Notes: generated by a model from the letters alone, not told the origin. A stretch of DNA of 64,000 nucleotides from Alphaproteobacteria bacterium (GCA_965225945.1 CBDDBZ010000033.1:32001-96000), one strand, 5' to 3'. Positions 21,799-32,467 are shown, counted from the first letter of the stretch. Numbers and translations are program-made.

Positions 21799-22080
21799 AA
21801 ACGACGACCACGATCGCGATCATCCGAACAGAAGGCATCGCGAAGCGTTGAATGGAGAGGACGAACGACGATCGTGTGCATGTTGGGGACACCATCCAGC
21901 CGAGGCCAAAAACGCCGGGACTTCCGCAACAGACGAGATTTTCAGGAAAACCACGGGGCTGACGCCAATGCCAGGATTTCCGCCGACGCCGACGAGCGAT
22001 CATGGGCCGGGTACCGGAATGAGCTGGACCAACGACAGGTCCTGGTCCGGGTCGAGGCGCGTCCCCGGCAGGGGCGAGGG

Positions 22081-22388
22081 TGTCGTTCCTCAAAACCTAT
22101 TCCGCGGCGCGGGCGGGTCCGAGACGAACGACCCGGGCGACAGTGTCGGTCGTTGGACTCGGCGGAAAGATTGCAACGGTCGCATCGACCGATATGCACA
22201 AGCTGAATGTTGGCGCTGTGTTCTTTTTCTCAACGGTGTCGGCGCAGCGGAAACGGGCCGCTCGCTTCTAGCAGCACCTCCTGGGGCAAATGCCGTTGTC
22301 GGTCCTTAGGCCGCGAGGCGCTCGTACCGGTGATGAAGTCCTCCAACTCGAGGAAACGCAACCACCTTTCCGCCGTCGGCCGACTGGA
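22081..22388 (-). mobile_element. Partial copy (one end) of the IS481-like element at 34421-35793
   Basis: About 308 bp nearly identical to 34421-34728, starting at the terminal TGTCGTTCCTCAAAACC. Confidence 0.9.
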
Positions 22389-22471
22389 GGGGCCGGGAAC
22401 TCTCGGTCGAACCAGTCCCAATCCAGTGCTCGCCGGTAGAGCGGCAATCTCGTCTCGCTCGGATCGGTCAT
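22389..22471 (-). pseudogene. 5' stub of a gene truncated by the IS remnant (possibly PaaK-like CoA ligase)
   Basis: GAGG RBS followed by MTDPSETRLPLYRRALDWDWFDREFPAP, which runs into IS sequence; located at the end of the ABC operon. Confidence 0.5.
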
Positions 22472-22515
22472 GATCTGTCCTCGAAGCCGTGTTCGCTCGC
22501 ACGCTCGAGCGCGCC

Positions 22516-23226
22516 TTATCGCACCACCATGAGATAGCGCCGCGCGATTTCGGGGTCGCGTTCGAACGCCTCCATGGTGCCTGAGAACACCATGTGGCCG
22601 CGATCGATGATGTAGATCCGATCGGCGGTATCGTGCACCAAGTGGAGCTGCTGCTCGGAGATCAGCATCGAGACGCCGAGCGATTTCAGCCTGTTGATGG
22701 CCCCCACAACGTCGCGGGCGACGATTGGCGCCAGGCCTTCGTGCGGCTCGTCGAGGAGCAGGAGTTGCGGGTTGGTCAGCAGCGAGCGGGCGATGCTCAG
22801 CATTTGCTGCTGGCCGCCGCTCAGATTGCTGGCGAGGCGCGAGCGGAACTCCGAGAGTTGCGGAAACAATTTCCCCACCTTGTCGACGGTCCAATAGCCG
22901 CAACCGCCCGGCGCCAGGGAGCGGGGCACGATCAGGTTCTCCGCCACCGTCAGGCTGGCGAACACGCGGCGATCCTCGGGGACGTAGCCGATGCCCTTGC
23001 GGGCGACGAGGTGTGGCGCGAGACCCGCGATCTCGTCGCCCTTGAAGCGAACGGAACCGCTGGTCACCCGGATCAGATCCTGCACGATGCAGCGCATGGT
23101 GCTGGTCTTGCCGGCGCCATTGCGCCCGATCATGCAGACGACCTCGCCCTCGTTCACCTCGAGGTCGATGCCGTGAAGCGCCTGACTTTGGCCGTAGGCC
23201 GCGCGAACCTGTTCCACGACCAGCAT
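22516..23226 (-). CDS. LIV-type ABC transporter ATP-binding protein (LivF-like)
   Basis: GRNGAGKT, LSGGQQQML and LLLLDEP motifs. Confidence 0.93.
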   Translation of the reverse strand: MLVVEQVRAAYGQSQALHGIDLEVNEGEVVCMIGRNGAGKTSTMRCIVQDLIRVTSGSVRFKGDEIAGLAPHLVARKGIGYVPEDRRVFASLTVAENLIVPRSLAPGGCGYWTVDKVGKLFPQLSEFRSRLASNLSGGQQQMLSIARSLLTNPQLLLLDEPHEGLAPIVARDVVGAINRLKSLGVSMLISEQQLHLVHDTADRIYIIDRGHMVFSGTMEAFERDPEIARRYLMVVR

Positions 23227-23987
23227 TACGCATTCCCGCCCAGGTAGATGTCCTGGACCGCCGCGTTGGCGGCGATCTCGTCCGGCGTGCCTTCGGCGAA
23301 CACGCCGCCGAAGGCCATCACCGTGATCGACTCGGCGGCCTTGAAGACCACGTCGATATCGTGCTCGACGAAAAGCAAGGTCAGCCCCCGCTCGCGGACC
23401 ACCGTCAAAACCAGGTCGATCAGCTCGTGACGTTCGCCGAGCCCCATGCCGGCGGTCGGCTCGTCCAGCAGCAGCACCTTCGGCCGAGTCGCCAAGACCA
23501 TGCCGAATTCCAACCGCTTGCGATCGCCATGCGAGATGTCGTCGACGATCTGATCGGCCAGTCCGTCGAGCCGGATGGCTTCCAGATCGGCCATGACCGC
23601 CTCGCCGAGCGCGCGCAGCCGGTTGGCGCTCAGAGAGAACCAAGCCGTCGAGACGGCGTTGTGGGCGCAGAGCATGTTGTCGTAGACCGTCATCCGCCGG
23701 AAGGTGCTGGCGATCTGATAGGTGCGGCCGACGCCGAGTTTCGCCACCTGATGGGGGTGCCGGCGGCCGAGCCGCCGGCCGTGAATTTCGACGCTGCCCC
23801 GCTCGGCCACGATCTGACCGCTCAACACGTTGATGAGCGTCGTCTTTCCCGCCCCGTTCGGGCCGATGACGGCGCGGATCTCGCCTTCCCGCACGCTGAG
23901 ATCGACGCTGTCGAGGGCGACGAAGCGACCGAACTCCTTGTGCAGGCCGCGAACCTCCAGGGCGGGTCGTGGGGGGGCGGTGGACAT
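23226..23987 (-). CDS. LIV-type ABC transporter ATP-binding protein (LivG-like)
   Basis: GPNGAGKTT, LLLDEPTAG, VEHD and VQDIYLG motifs. Confidence 0.93.
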   Translation of the reverse strand: MSTAPPRPALEVRGLHKEFGRFVALDSVDLSVREGEIRAVIGPNGAGKTTLINVLSGQIVAERGSVEIHGRRLGRRHPHQVAKLGVGRTYQIASTFRRMTVYDNMLCAHNAVSTAWFSLSANRLRALGEAVMADLEAIRLDGLADQIVDDISHGDRKRLEFGMVLATRPKVLLLDEPTAGMGLGERHELIDLVLTVVRERGLTLLFVEHDIDVVFKAAESITVMAFGGVFAEGTPDEIAANAAVQDIYLGGNA

Positions 23988-23993
23988 CGCGCT

Positions 23994-24989
23994 CTAGCGC
24001 CGGAACAGGCTCGTGAGACGCCGGACGAAGCCGGCGATGCCGCTCGGCGAGAGCAGCACCACGATGACGATGATCACTCCGATGACGAGCTGCCAATACT
24101 CGAAGTAGTGCGCCACCAGGTTGTCGAGAATCTTGTAGACGATGGCGCCGTAGATCCCGGCGCCGAAACTGTAGAGACCGCCGAGCACCACCATCAGCAA
24201 GCCGTCGACGGTGAACAGGATGCCGACATAGTCGGGAAAGACGTTGCCGTGGAAAATCCCGAAGAGCGTGCCGGCGACGCCGGAGAAGAAGGCCGATATG
24301 GTGAAGGCGATGAGTTGCACCCGTTTGCGCCCGTGTCCCAGCGCGGCGGCGCGGACAGAATTTTGCCCGACCGCCCGGATCGTCAGGCCGAGCGGCGAAT
24401 GGACCACCCGCCAGAGCATCAGGATCGCCACCGTCACCACGCCCAGGACCACCAGCCCGAACCAATGGGGCTGCAGCCCCAGCATCGCGGGCACATGGCC
24501 CGAAATGCCGGAATCGCCACCCGTGACGTCGAACCACTGGAACGCCACGGCGAAGGTCACCTCGGCGCAGGCGAGCGTCAGCATGGCGGCGTAAATCGCG
24601 GTGCGCTGCACGCAGAGCGCGCCATAGACCAGACCGAAGAACGCGCTGACGATCGGGCCGGCGACGATTCCGGCGGCGATCGGAAAGTCGAGATGGGTGA
24701 TCGTGAGCGCCAACCCGTAGGCGCCGAGGCCGAAATAGACCGCGTGGCCGAACGAGACCATGCCGCTGTAGCTGAGCAGGAGATTGAGCGCGCTGGCATA
24801 GAGGGCGAAGATCATGACCTCGATCAGGGCGAAGACCACCAGCGACGGCGAGACGAACAGCAGCACGCTCTGCAGCACGACGACCACCGCGACGAGACGC
24901 CAGTTGATCGCATAGTCGTCGGTCGTCCGGCTGGGGCGCGCGCGCACCGCCTTGTCGTCTCGCGTGGCCTCGCCTTCCGCCATGGTCAA
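23994..24989 (-). CDS. LIV-type ABC permease (LivM-like)
   Basis: GMVSFGHAVYFGLGAY, TGGDSGI and VVLGG motifs; multiple TM segments. Confidence 0.92.
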   Translation of the reverse strand: MTMAEGEATRDDKAVRARPSRTTDDYAINWRLVAVVVVLQSVLLFVSPSLVVFALIEVMIFALYASALNLLLSYSGMVSFGHAVYFGLGAYGLALTITHLDFPIAAGIVAGPIVSAFFGLVYGALCVQRTAIYAAMLTLACAEVTFAVAFQWFDVTGGDSGISGHVPAMLGLQPHWFGLVVLGVVTVAILMLWRVVHSPLGLTIRAVGQNSVRAAALGHGRKRVQLIAFTISAFFSGVAGTLFGIFHGNVFPDYVGILFTVDGLLMVVLGGLYSFGAGIYGAIVYKILDNLVAHYFEYWQLVIGVIIVIVVLLSPSGIAGFVRRLTSLFRR

Positions 24990-25849
24990 TCCGTCGTTCT
25001 GCGCAACGACCTGGCGAGGAGCACCACGGCCATGAGGAGGAAAATGATCACCATCGACAGTCTGGGCGCCCAGAGCAGACCCAGGGCCTTCACAATTCCG
25101 ACCGCGAGCGCGGCGAACAAGGCGCCGTAGAAATTGCCGAGCCCACCGATCACCACGACGATGAAGGCGAGCACGATGACCCGGGTGTCGAGCAGGTAGT
25201 TGATGCTCTCGAACGCGGCGGCGAAGCCGCCGGCGATCCCGGCCAGGAAGCAGCCGATGGCGAAGACCCAGGAAAAGACATGCGCCTGATTGGTTCCGAG
25301 CAGCGCCACCATGCCCCGGTCGTCTGTCGCCGCCCTGAGGATGATCCCGACCCGGGTGAATTTGAGGAAGCCCCAGACCACGGCCAGCACCGTCACGCCG
25401 ACGCCGACCATGACCAGCTGATAGGTCGGGAGATAGATGTCACCGATCACCGCCGCACCGGCGAGCGCGTCAGGCAACGGCACCGAAACGTCGTCCAGTC
25501 CCCAGATGAGCTTGGTCACGTCGCGAATGATCAGGACCGCGGCCAAGGTCAGCACGAGCTGCATCAGCGCCTCGGCATGGTAGACCCGGCGCAGCAGGAA
25601 GATCTCGAACACCACGCCCAGGAGCGCCACCAGCACGCCGCACAGCAGGATGGTGACGAAGAATCCGAACGTCGTGCCCACCGCGATCAGGGGATAGATC
25701 TGATAGGTCAGGAAGGCGCCGACCATGTAGAACGAGCCATGGGCGAAATTGACGATGCGCGAGACGCCGAAGATGAGCGTCAGGCCGGAGGCGATCAGGA
25801 ACAGGAAGACCCCTTCCATCACTCCTTGCAGCACTTGCACCAGGAGCAT
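24986..25849 (-). CDS. LIV-type ABC permease (LivH-like)
   Basis: GLTLIFGVSRIVNFAHG and AFIVVVIGGLG motifs. Confidence 0.92.
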   Translation of the reverse strand: MLLVQVLQGVMEGVFLFLIASGLTLIFGVSRIVNFAHGSFYMVGAFLTYQIYPLIAVGTTFGFFVTILLCGVLVALLGVVFEIFLLRRVYHAEALMQLVLTLAAVLIIRDVTKLIWGLDDVSVPLPDALAGAAVIGDIYLPTYQLVMVGVGVTVLAVVWGFLKFTRVGIILRAATDDRGMVALLGTNQAHVFSWVFAIGCFLAGIAGGFAAAFESINYLLDTRVIVLAFIVVVIGGLGNFYGALFAALAVGIVKALGLLWAPRLSMVIIFLLMAVVLLARSLRRTTD

Positions 25850-25907
25850 CAGCCGAATTCCGTCATGTCGACCCAATCCGGGCCACGGCCGGAGAGAACG
25901 GGGCGAC

Positions 25908-25939
25908 GCCCGCGCGCGCCACCGCCGGCGCGCGCGGGC
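25908..25939. terminator. GC-rich intergenic hairpin after the substrate-binding protein gene
   Basis: GCCCGCGCGCGCC-ACCGCC-GGCGCGCGCGGGC, a 13-bp perfect stem with no U tract; likely an mRNA-stabilising or attenuating stem. Confidence 0.6.
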
Positions 25940-25951
25940 CCGGACCCGATG

Positions 25952-27181
25952 CTACTTGGCGGCCGCCGCGCGGAGCGCCTTCACCGTCGCTTCCGAGGGC
26001 AAGGTGACATCGCCGGAAATGACGTTGACGTCGGCCATCGTAGGGAAGGGATAGGCGTCCGTCATCTTCGTCACGCCCAGGTAGCTCGGCGCGTTGAAGG
26101 TATTGTCGATCAGCCGCATCTTCAGCGGACCCCGCATGGTGTCGAAGGTCATCGACGCCAGGGCTTGTCGGAACTTCGCCGGGTCGGTGCCGCCCGCCCC
26201 GTCGATGCCGCCCTTGATGATGTACATGGCGTCATAGGCTAGCATGCCCCAATCGTTCGGATATTCGCCGTCGTGCGCCTTGCGATACTTCGCGACGAAG
26301 GCTTTCGCCTTGTCGGTAGTGAGCGCGTAGAAGGGACCGCGCGCCCAACCGTGGACGCCGTCGGGAATGTCCTTGCCGAGGGACATGTAGCTCTCGGTGC
26401 TGAGGAAGGTCAGCAGCTCGGTCCGCTCCAGCAGACCATAGGACTTGCCCTGCTTGATCAGGCTGTTGGTGCCGCTACCGAACATCACCGCCATGATCGC
26501 GTCCGGCTTCTCGGCGAGCGCCGCGGTGATGTAGGAGGTGAGATTGGTCTCGCCGAAGCGCGGCCACAGTTGCTTCGAGATCTTCACCTCGGGCTTGAGC
26601 TTCGCCAGCTCTTCGGTGAAGACCTTGACCGTGGTGCGACCCCACTCGTAGTCGAGCCCCATGGTGACGATGTTGTTCCAGCCCTTGCGCGCCGCGTATT
26701 CCGCCAGCGCCTTGCCTTCCATCAGCGTGTTCGGCTGGGTCTGAATGACGTTCGGATGGCCGAAGTCGACCGTCGCCTTGTGGGTGCCGCTGATCGCGCT
26801 GATCAGGGGCACGCCGTATTGCTTCGAGATCGGGTTGATCGCCATGAAGACCGAGCTCGAGCAGACCCCGGTCAACAGATCGACCTTCTCGGTCAAGATC
26901 AGGTCGCGGGTCTGTTTGGCGCCCTCGTCGGGCTTGGTTTTGGAGTCGCGCCAGATGACCTCGATCTTACGGCCCGCCGCGCCGCCGGCCGCATTGATCT
27001 CCGCCAGCGCGATCTTCATCGCCTTGATGGCGGAATGGGTGAGTCCGCCACAAGGGCCGGATATCCCGCCGACGTAGCCGATCTTGATCGGCTCGGCGGC
27101 TTGTAGCGAACCCGCGATGCCGAGCGCGGTGGCGAGCGCCAGGGCCGCCGAATATCGCAAGAAATTCTTTCCGTGCATCAT
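25952..27181 (-). CDS. LIV-family periplasmic substrate-binding protein
   Basis: Signal peptide ending LQA-AEPIKIG; EINAAGG..GRKIE and DYEWG motifs; AGGAGG RBS. Confidence 0.92.
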   Translation of the reverse strand: MMHGKNFLRYSAALALATALGIAGSLQAAEPIKIGYVGGISGPCGGLTHSAIKAMKIALAEINAAGGAAGRKIEVIWRDSKTKPDEGAKQTRDLILTEKVDLLTGVCSSSVFMAINPISKQYGVPLISAISGTHKATVDFGHPNVIQTQPNTLMEGKALAEYAARKGWNNIVTMGLDYEWGRTTVKVFTEELAKLKPEVKISKQLWPRFGETNLTSYITAALAEKPDAIMAVMFGSGTNSLIKQGKSYGLLERTELLTFLSTESYMSLGKDIPDGVHGWARGPFYALTTDKAKAFVAKYRKAHDGEYPNDWGMLAYDAMYIIKGGIDGAGGTDPAKFRQALASMTFDTMRGPLKMRLIDNTFNAPSYLGVTKMTDAYPFPTMADVNVISGDVTLPSEATVKALRAAAAK

Positions 27182-27439
27182 CTCCCTCCTATTGACGCCG
27201 ACGATGACGACCGTGTCTCGTCGACGTTGCCTCGATGCCGAACCCGTTCCCCCGGGGCGCGCCAGTGTACAGAGATGAAATGCCGCGCATTCCCGGTGTC
27301 GGGAAGCCGAAAACCCGCCATTCGAGTTCGGTAGCGTCATGATTATAGGCACACTCGGACACGCAATGTATAGCCTTGCGAGGTGTCCGCATCTGGGTCA
27401 AGGTCTCCAGGATCCGATGCTGGTTGTCGTGGGTGAGCG

Positions 27440-29080
27440 ATGACGAAATTCGAAACACGCCTCACGGACGAGATGGTGACGAAGTTCCGCGAAGCCGGAT
27501 TCTGGCGAGGCGAAACCTTTCACGATGTCTTGGCGGCCCGCGCGGATCGCCATCCCGATCGCGAGGCGTTGTCGGACGGCCGCCGCCGCGTGAGCTATCG
27601 TGAGCTAGGCGACTGCGTCGACGCGGTCGCGGCGGAATTGCAGGCCCACGGCATCGGCCGCCACGACGTCGTCACCATCCAGCTTCCCAACTGGATAGAG
27701 TTCGCCTGTGCGTTCTTTGCCGTCGAGCGGCTGGGCGCCATCGCGATCCAGGTCAGCACCGATTTTCGCGAGCGGGAACTCGCCTTCATTCTCGAGTTCT
27801 CCGACAGCGCCGCCTTCGTGTGCGCCCGCGAGTTTCGTGGCTTCGATCACCTCGCCATGATCGACGAGCTCCGCCCGAGGCTGCCGGGGCTGCGGCTGGT
27901 GGCCTGCGTGGACCGCGAAAGTGGCGACGGCGTCGTTTCGTTGGCCGACGCGATCGCGGGCGGCGCGCCCTCCGCGCGGCTGACGGCACTCGCCATGGAC
28001 GCGGACGAGATCTTTCGCATGGCCTTCACCTCCGGCACGACCGGCAACCCCAAGGCGGTGATTCACAGTCACGACACGACGCTGTCGGCGGCGCGCATTC
28101 AGAACGACGATCTCGGCATCCGCGAGGACGACGTTCTTCTGCTCTATCTGCCGCTCGGCCTGAACTGGGGTTATCTGGCGCTGCTGCAAACGATCGTCGC
28201 CGGCGCCCGCGCGGTCCTCCTCGACCGCTTCTCCGCCGCCGCCGCGCTGTCGCTGATCGAATCCGAGCGCGTGACCTATGTTCCCACGGCACCCGCCTCG
28301 ATTATCGCGATGCTCAACGAGCCCGGCCTGGAGCGCCGCGACATCTCCTCGCTCAGGCTGGTGGTGAGCGGCGGCGCATCCTGCCCGGTCGAGACGATCC
28401 GCGAATTTCGAGCGAAGATGAAGGGTGACTTCATCGAGCTTTACGGCATGCTGGAATCGGGTTTCCACAGCTACACCCGCGCCACCGACGATCCGGAAGC
28501 CGTGAGCGGCACCGTCGGCAAGCCGGCCTCGGGTCTGGGGCTGCGCATCCTCGACGAGGCCGGCGACGACATCGCCGAGGGCGGCGAGGGCGAGATCGCC
28601 GGACTCGGCCCCTCGATCCATCTCGGCTATCACAACAATCCGGCCGCCAACGCCGCCGCCTTCACTGCGGACGGTTGGTTTCGAACCGGCGACCTCGGCT
28701 ATCTCGATCCGGCGAGCAACCTGGTGATCTCCGGTCGGAACAAGGAAATCATCAACCGGGGCGGCAAGAAGTTTCACCCCCGCGAGATCGAGGAAATCCT
28801 CTATACCAGCCCCAACGTCCTCCATGTCGCGATCATCGGCGTGCCCGACCCTCGGCTCGGCGAGCGCAATTGCCTCTGCGTCGTGCCACGCCCGGGAAAA
28901 TCGGTGGTCCTCGAGGAGATGCTGGAACTGCTTCGAGGCAAGGTTGCGACCTACAAGCTTCCGGAGTCGCTGGAAATTTTCGATTCCCTACCGTTCACGC
29001 CGACCGGCAAGCTACGGCGCCATCGTCTCGCCGAATGGATCGGGGAACGGACGTCAGCGCAAAATTCGCCCGAGCCGTAA
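27440..29080 (+). CDS. Acyl-CoA ligase (AliA-like) 1
   Basis: FTSGTTGNPK, YGMLE, GWFRTGD and TPTGKL motifs. Confidence 0.92.
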   Translation: MTKFETRLTDEMVTKFREAGFWRGETFHDVLAARADRHPDREALSDGRRRVSYRELGDCVDAVAAELQAHGIGRHDVVTIQLPNWIEFACAFFAVERLGAIAIQVSTDFRERELAFILEFSDSAAFVCAREFRGFDHLAMIDELRPRLPGLRLVACVDRESGDGVVSLADAIAGGAPSARLTALAMDADEIFRMAFTSGTTGNPKAVIHSHDTTLSAARIQNDDLGIREDDVLLLYLPLGLNWGYLALLQTIVAGARAVLLDRFSAAAALSLIESERVTYVPTAPASIIAMLNEPGLERRDISSLRLVVSGGASCPVETIREFRAKMKGDFIELYGMLESGFHSYTRATDDPEAVSGTVGKPASGLGLRILDEAGDDIAEGGEGEIAGLGPSIHLGYHNNPAANAAAFTADGWFRTGDLGYLDPASNLVISGRNKEIINRGGKKFHPREIEEILYTSPNVLHVAIIGVPDPRLGERNCLCVVPRPGKSVVLEEMLELLRGKVATYKLPESLEIFDSLPFTPTGKLRRHRLAEWIGERTSAQNSPEP

Positions 29081-29121
29081 TGTCGATCGGTGGCGCGATC
29101 GCCCGAAGGAAGTGACATTCC

Positions 29122-30765
29122 GTGCGCATCGACGATCCTCAGATCCCACCCTCCCGCATGAAAGCCTTCAGGGAGGCCGGATACTGGCGCGAGGCGACCA
29201 CGAACGAGTGGCTGGAGTCCGCCGCGCGCGCTCATCCCGAGAGAATCGCGTTGCAGGACCGGCGCGGCCGTCTCGACTACGCGTCGTATTTCCGGCGGGC
29301 GGAGCGCCTGGCGGCACGGTTCGTGTCGTTGGGGCTGACGGCGGACGACGTGGTTGCCGTCCAGCTACCGAACTGGAACGAGTTCGCCGTCGCCGTCAAC
29401 GCCACCATGCTGGTCGGTGTGCCCTTCTGTCAATACCACAGCGACTTTCGTCGTCGCGAGGTTGAATTCATCCTGGGCTTCACCGAGGCGTCGGTACTGA
29501 TCGTCCCGCGTGAGTTTCGCGGCTTCGACTATCTGGCCATGATCGAGGAACTGCGGCCGAAACTGCCGAGGCTCGAGCACGTGTTCGTCGTCGGCGACGA
29601 CGTCCCACCGGATTACTTCGACCTGCGCCGGTTCCTCGACCTCGACGCCGGTCTGGAGATTTCGCCGGAGAGCCTGCGCCGGCGGCGTCCCGACGCCGAC
29701 CAGCTGGCGCGGACCGCCTTTACCTCGGGCACCACGGGAAATCCGAAGGCGGTACTCCACGTCCACAACACCACCAACTGCGCGCTCGAATTTCTCAATC
29801 GCGGCCAGCGAATTACCGCCGACAGCGTCTTGATGGTGTTCCTGCCGGTCGGCCTCAACTGGGGACTCTTCAACACCTTGCAGGCGATCGGCGTCGGGTG
29901 CAGGGTGGTCTTTCAAGATATTTTCCGGGCCGAGGAGGCGCTGGCGCTGATCGCGCGCGAAGGCGTGACCCACTTCTGCTGCGCGCCGGCCCATCTCGTC
30001 GCCATGTTGAACGTGCCGAACTTCGAGCACCATGACCTCGCCAGCCTACAAGTGATCATGACGGGCGGTGCGTCCTGTCCAATCGAGGTCATTCGCGAGG
30101 TGCAAAGCCGCATGCCCGGACATCTCCTGGAGATGTACGGGATGTTGGAGTGCGGGACCCAGGCGCACACGCTTCTCACCGATGACCCGGAGGAGGTCTG
30201 CGGCACCGTCGGCAAGCCGGTGCCGGAAATGGGCATTCGCGTGGTCGACGACGAGGGCATTGACGTCCCGGCCGGCGCGGTCGGGGAGATCCTGACCCAT
30301 GGGCCGTCGGTCACCATCGGCTACTACAACAACCCCGAGGTCAACCGGGAAAGCTTCACGCCGGACGGCTGGTTCCATACCGGCGACCAGGGTCGTTTCG
30401 ACGACAAGGGCTATCTCAGGATCGTCGGGCGCAAAAAGGAGATGGTGATCCGGGGCGGCGCGAACATCTATCCACGCGAGATCGAAGAAGTTCTCTACCA
30501 GCATCCCAAGGTTCTCGACGCCGCCATCGTCGGTATCCCGGACCCGCGTCTCGGCGAGCGGGTTTGCGCCTGCATCGTCCCCCGGGCGGGAGAAAGCATG
30601 AGTTTCGAGGAATTGATCGACTTCCTGAAGGACAAGATCGCGACCTACAAGCTGCCGGAATTTTTACAGATCCACGGGGATCTTCCGCGCACGCCGACGG
30701 GAAAGGTCCAGAAGCGCCCCCTCGCCGATCTCGCCCGGCGGCGCCTCGAGGCCGAGGGAAGCTGA
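29122..30765 (+). CDS. Acyl-CoA ligase (AliA-like) 2, paralogue of the preceding gene
   Basis: FTSGTTGNPK, PVGLNWG, YGMLE, GWFHTGD and PRTPTGKVQK motifs. Confidence 0.92.
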   Translation: MRIDDPQIPPSRMKAFREAGYWREATTNEWLESAARAHPERIALQDRRGRLDYASYFRRAERLAARFVSLGLTADDVVAVQLPNWNEFAVAVNATMLVGVPFCQYHSDFRRREVEFILGFTEASVLIVPREFRGFDYLAMIEELRPKLPRLEHVFVVGDDVPPDYFDLRRFLDLDAGLEISPESLRRRRPDADQLARTAFTSGTTGNPKAVLHVHNTTNCALEFLNRGQRITADSVLMVFLPVGLNWGLFNTLQAIGVGCRVVFQDIFRAEEALALIAREGVTHFCCAPAHLVAMLNVPNFEHHDLASLQVIMTGGASCPIEVIREVQSRMPGHLLEMYGMLECGTQAHTLLTDDPEEVCGTVGKPVPEMGIRVVDDEGIDVPAGAVGEILTHGPSVTIGYYNNPEVNRESFTPDGWFHTGDQGRFDDKGYLRIVGRKKEMVIRGGANIYPREIEEVLYQHPKVLDAAIVGIPDPRLGERVCACIVPRAGESMSFEELIDFLKDKIATYKLPEFLQIHGDLPRTPTGKVQKRPLADLARRRLEAEGS

Positions 30766-30804
30766 CGCCGCCGTCCACCACCCGTTCCCGGAGGGAGAGT
30801 CCAC

Positions 30805-31662
30805 GTGCGCTATATCGACATGCATTCACATTGGAAGACCCGGCGCGGCTATGTACTGCAGACCGAGGAAGAGTTGGCCAAGCAGCGTCATACTTGGCGT
30901 TCGGAACCCGACTACGTGAGCGAGGAGGAGATGGCCGACGACTTTCGCCGCGCGGGCATGCGTGTCGTTCTCGACTTCGGCTTCACCAAGTTCATCCCCG
31001 TCGCCGAGGCTCGCGATCTGCACGACTATGCCTTCGATACCCAGCGGCGCTTTCCGGACGCCATCGTCGGCAACTGGTTTCACTTCCAGCCCGAAAGCGG
31101 GCCCGAGGCATTGCGGGAATTCGAGCGCTGCCTGGATGTCGGCGCTGGATTCGTCGGCCTTGCGGTTTCGGGCTCGGGTGGCGTTCCGGCCAGCGACCCC
31201 ACCTACGAGCCCTTCTACCACCTCTGCATCGAAGCCAACGTTCCCGCCCTCGTCTTCGTCGGGACCACCGGCCTAGGTTCCGGCTTTCCGGGCGGCAACG
31301 GCATCCTGCTCGACCACTGCCACCCACGCCATCTCGACTATGTCGCCGCCCGATTTCCGAATTTGAAGATCCTGGCAGCGCGTCCGGCCTGGCCCTGGCA
31401 GGCGGAGATGATCGCCGTCCTCGTGCACAAGGCGAACGTTTGGTACGAACTGCACGGCTGGTCGCCGAAGTACTACACCGACGACCTCAAACACGAAATT
31501 CCACGCCGCCTGAAGGACCGGATCATGTTCGGCGCCGACTATCCGTTGTTGAGCTACGAGCGCCTGATCGCCGAGTGGGGTGATCTGGGCTACGAGGACG
31601 AGGTGATGGAAAAGGTCTTTCACCGCAACGCCGAGGCCTTTTTGGCCCAGCTGGGAAGCTGA
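30805..31662 (+). CDS. Amidohydrolase_2 family protein (CouO/PhdC-like beta-ketoacyl-CoA hydrolase candidate)
   Basis: IDMHSH, AWPWQxE, GWSPKY and FGADYP motifs. Confidence 0.85.
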   Translation: MRYIDMHSHWKTRRGYVLQTEEELAKQRHTWRSEPDYVSEEEMADDFRRAGMRVVLDFGFTKFIPVAEARDLHDYAFDTQRRFPDAIVGNWFHFQPESGPEALREFERCLDVGAGFVGLAVSGSGGVPASDPTYEPFYHLCIEANVPALVFVGTTGLGSGFPGGNGILLDHCHPRHLDYVAARFPNLKILAARPAWPWQAEMIAVLVHKANVWYELHGWSPKYYTDDLKHEIPRRLKDRIMFGADYPLLSYERLIAEWGDLGYEDEVMEKVFHRNAEAFLAQLGS

Positions 31663-31663
31663 C

Positions 31664-32428
31664 ATGGATCTTGGACTCGGGGGCAAGGTCGCCATCGTCA
31701 ACGGGGCGAGCCAGGGGATCGGCTACGCCATCGCGCGGACCTTCGCCGAGGAGGGCGCGCGGGTTGCGATCTCGGCGCGCCGCGAGCCGGCGCTCGGCGA
31801 GGCCAGGAACCGGCTGGTGGCCGAGACCGGCGGCGAGTTCCTGGCCATACAGGGGGATATCCGCCGAGCGGAGGACTGCGCGCGCATCGTCGAGGAGGCG
31901 GCCGCGCACTACGGCGGCATCGACATTCTGGTCAACAACGACGGGGCCCCGCCCCTCGGGTCCTTCGTCGATTTCGACGACCAGGCCTGGAGCCGGGCGG
32001 TCGAGCAGAACCTGATGAGCGTGGTCCGCTGCATTCGGGCCGCGGTGCCGCACATGAAGGCCCGGGGCGCCGGCAGCATCGTCAATATCACGGCCTTGTC
32101 GGCGATCCAGCCTATTCCCGGTTTCGGACTTTCCGTGGCGACCTGGGCCGGCGTGATCGGCCTCGCCAAGACGCTCTCGCGCGAGCTGGCACCGGAGATC
32201 ACCATCAACACCCTGGCGCCGGGCCTGATCGACACGCCGCGCCTACGGCTCGTCGCCGAGCAGTCGGAGGAGGCGATGGGCGAGTTGATCCGGGAGATTC
32301 CGCTAGGCCGCCTGGGCGACGCCGACGAAATCGCCTCGGTCGTGGCGTTCCTGACCTCGCGCCGCGGCCGCTACGTCACCGGCATCACGCTCGCGGTCGA
32401 CGGCGGCCTGTCTCGCGCGACTCTATGA
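31664..32428 (+). CDS. SDR-family oxidoreductase
   Basis: GASQGIG, DILVNN and VTGxxLAVDGG motifs; lacks a canonical YxxxK (atypical SDR). Confidence 0.88.
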   Translation: MDLGLGGKVAIVNGASQGIGYAIARTFAEEGARVAISARREPALGEARNRLVAETGGEFLAIQGDIRRAEDCARIVEEAAAHYGGIDILVNNDGAPPLGSFVDFDDQAWSRAVEQNLMSVVRCIRAAVPHMKARGAGSIVNITALSAIQPIPGFGLSVATWAGVIGLAKTLSRELAPEITINTLAPGLIDTPRLRLVAEQSEEAMGELIREIPLGRLGDADEIASVVAFLTSRRGRYVTGITLAVDGGLSRATL

Positions 32429-32467
32429 ACCAAGGAGCTTTCGCCGGAAATTAAAAGCTAACATATG

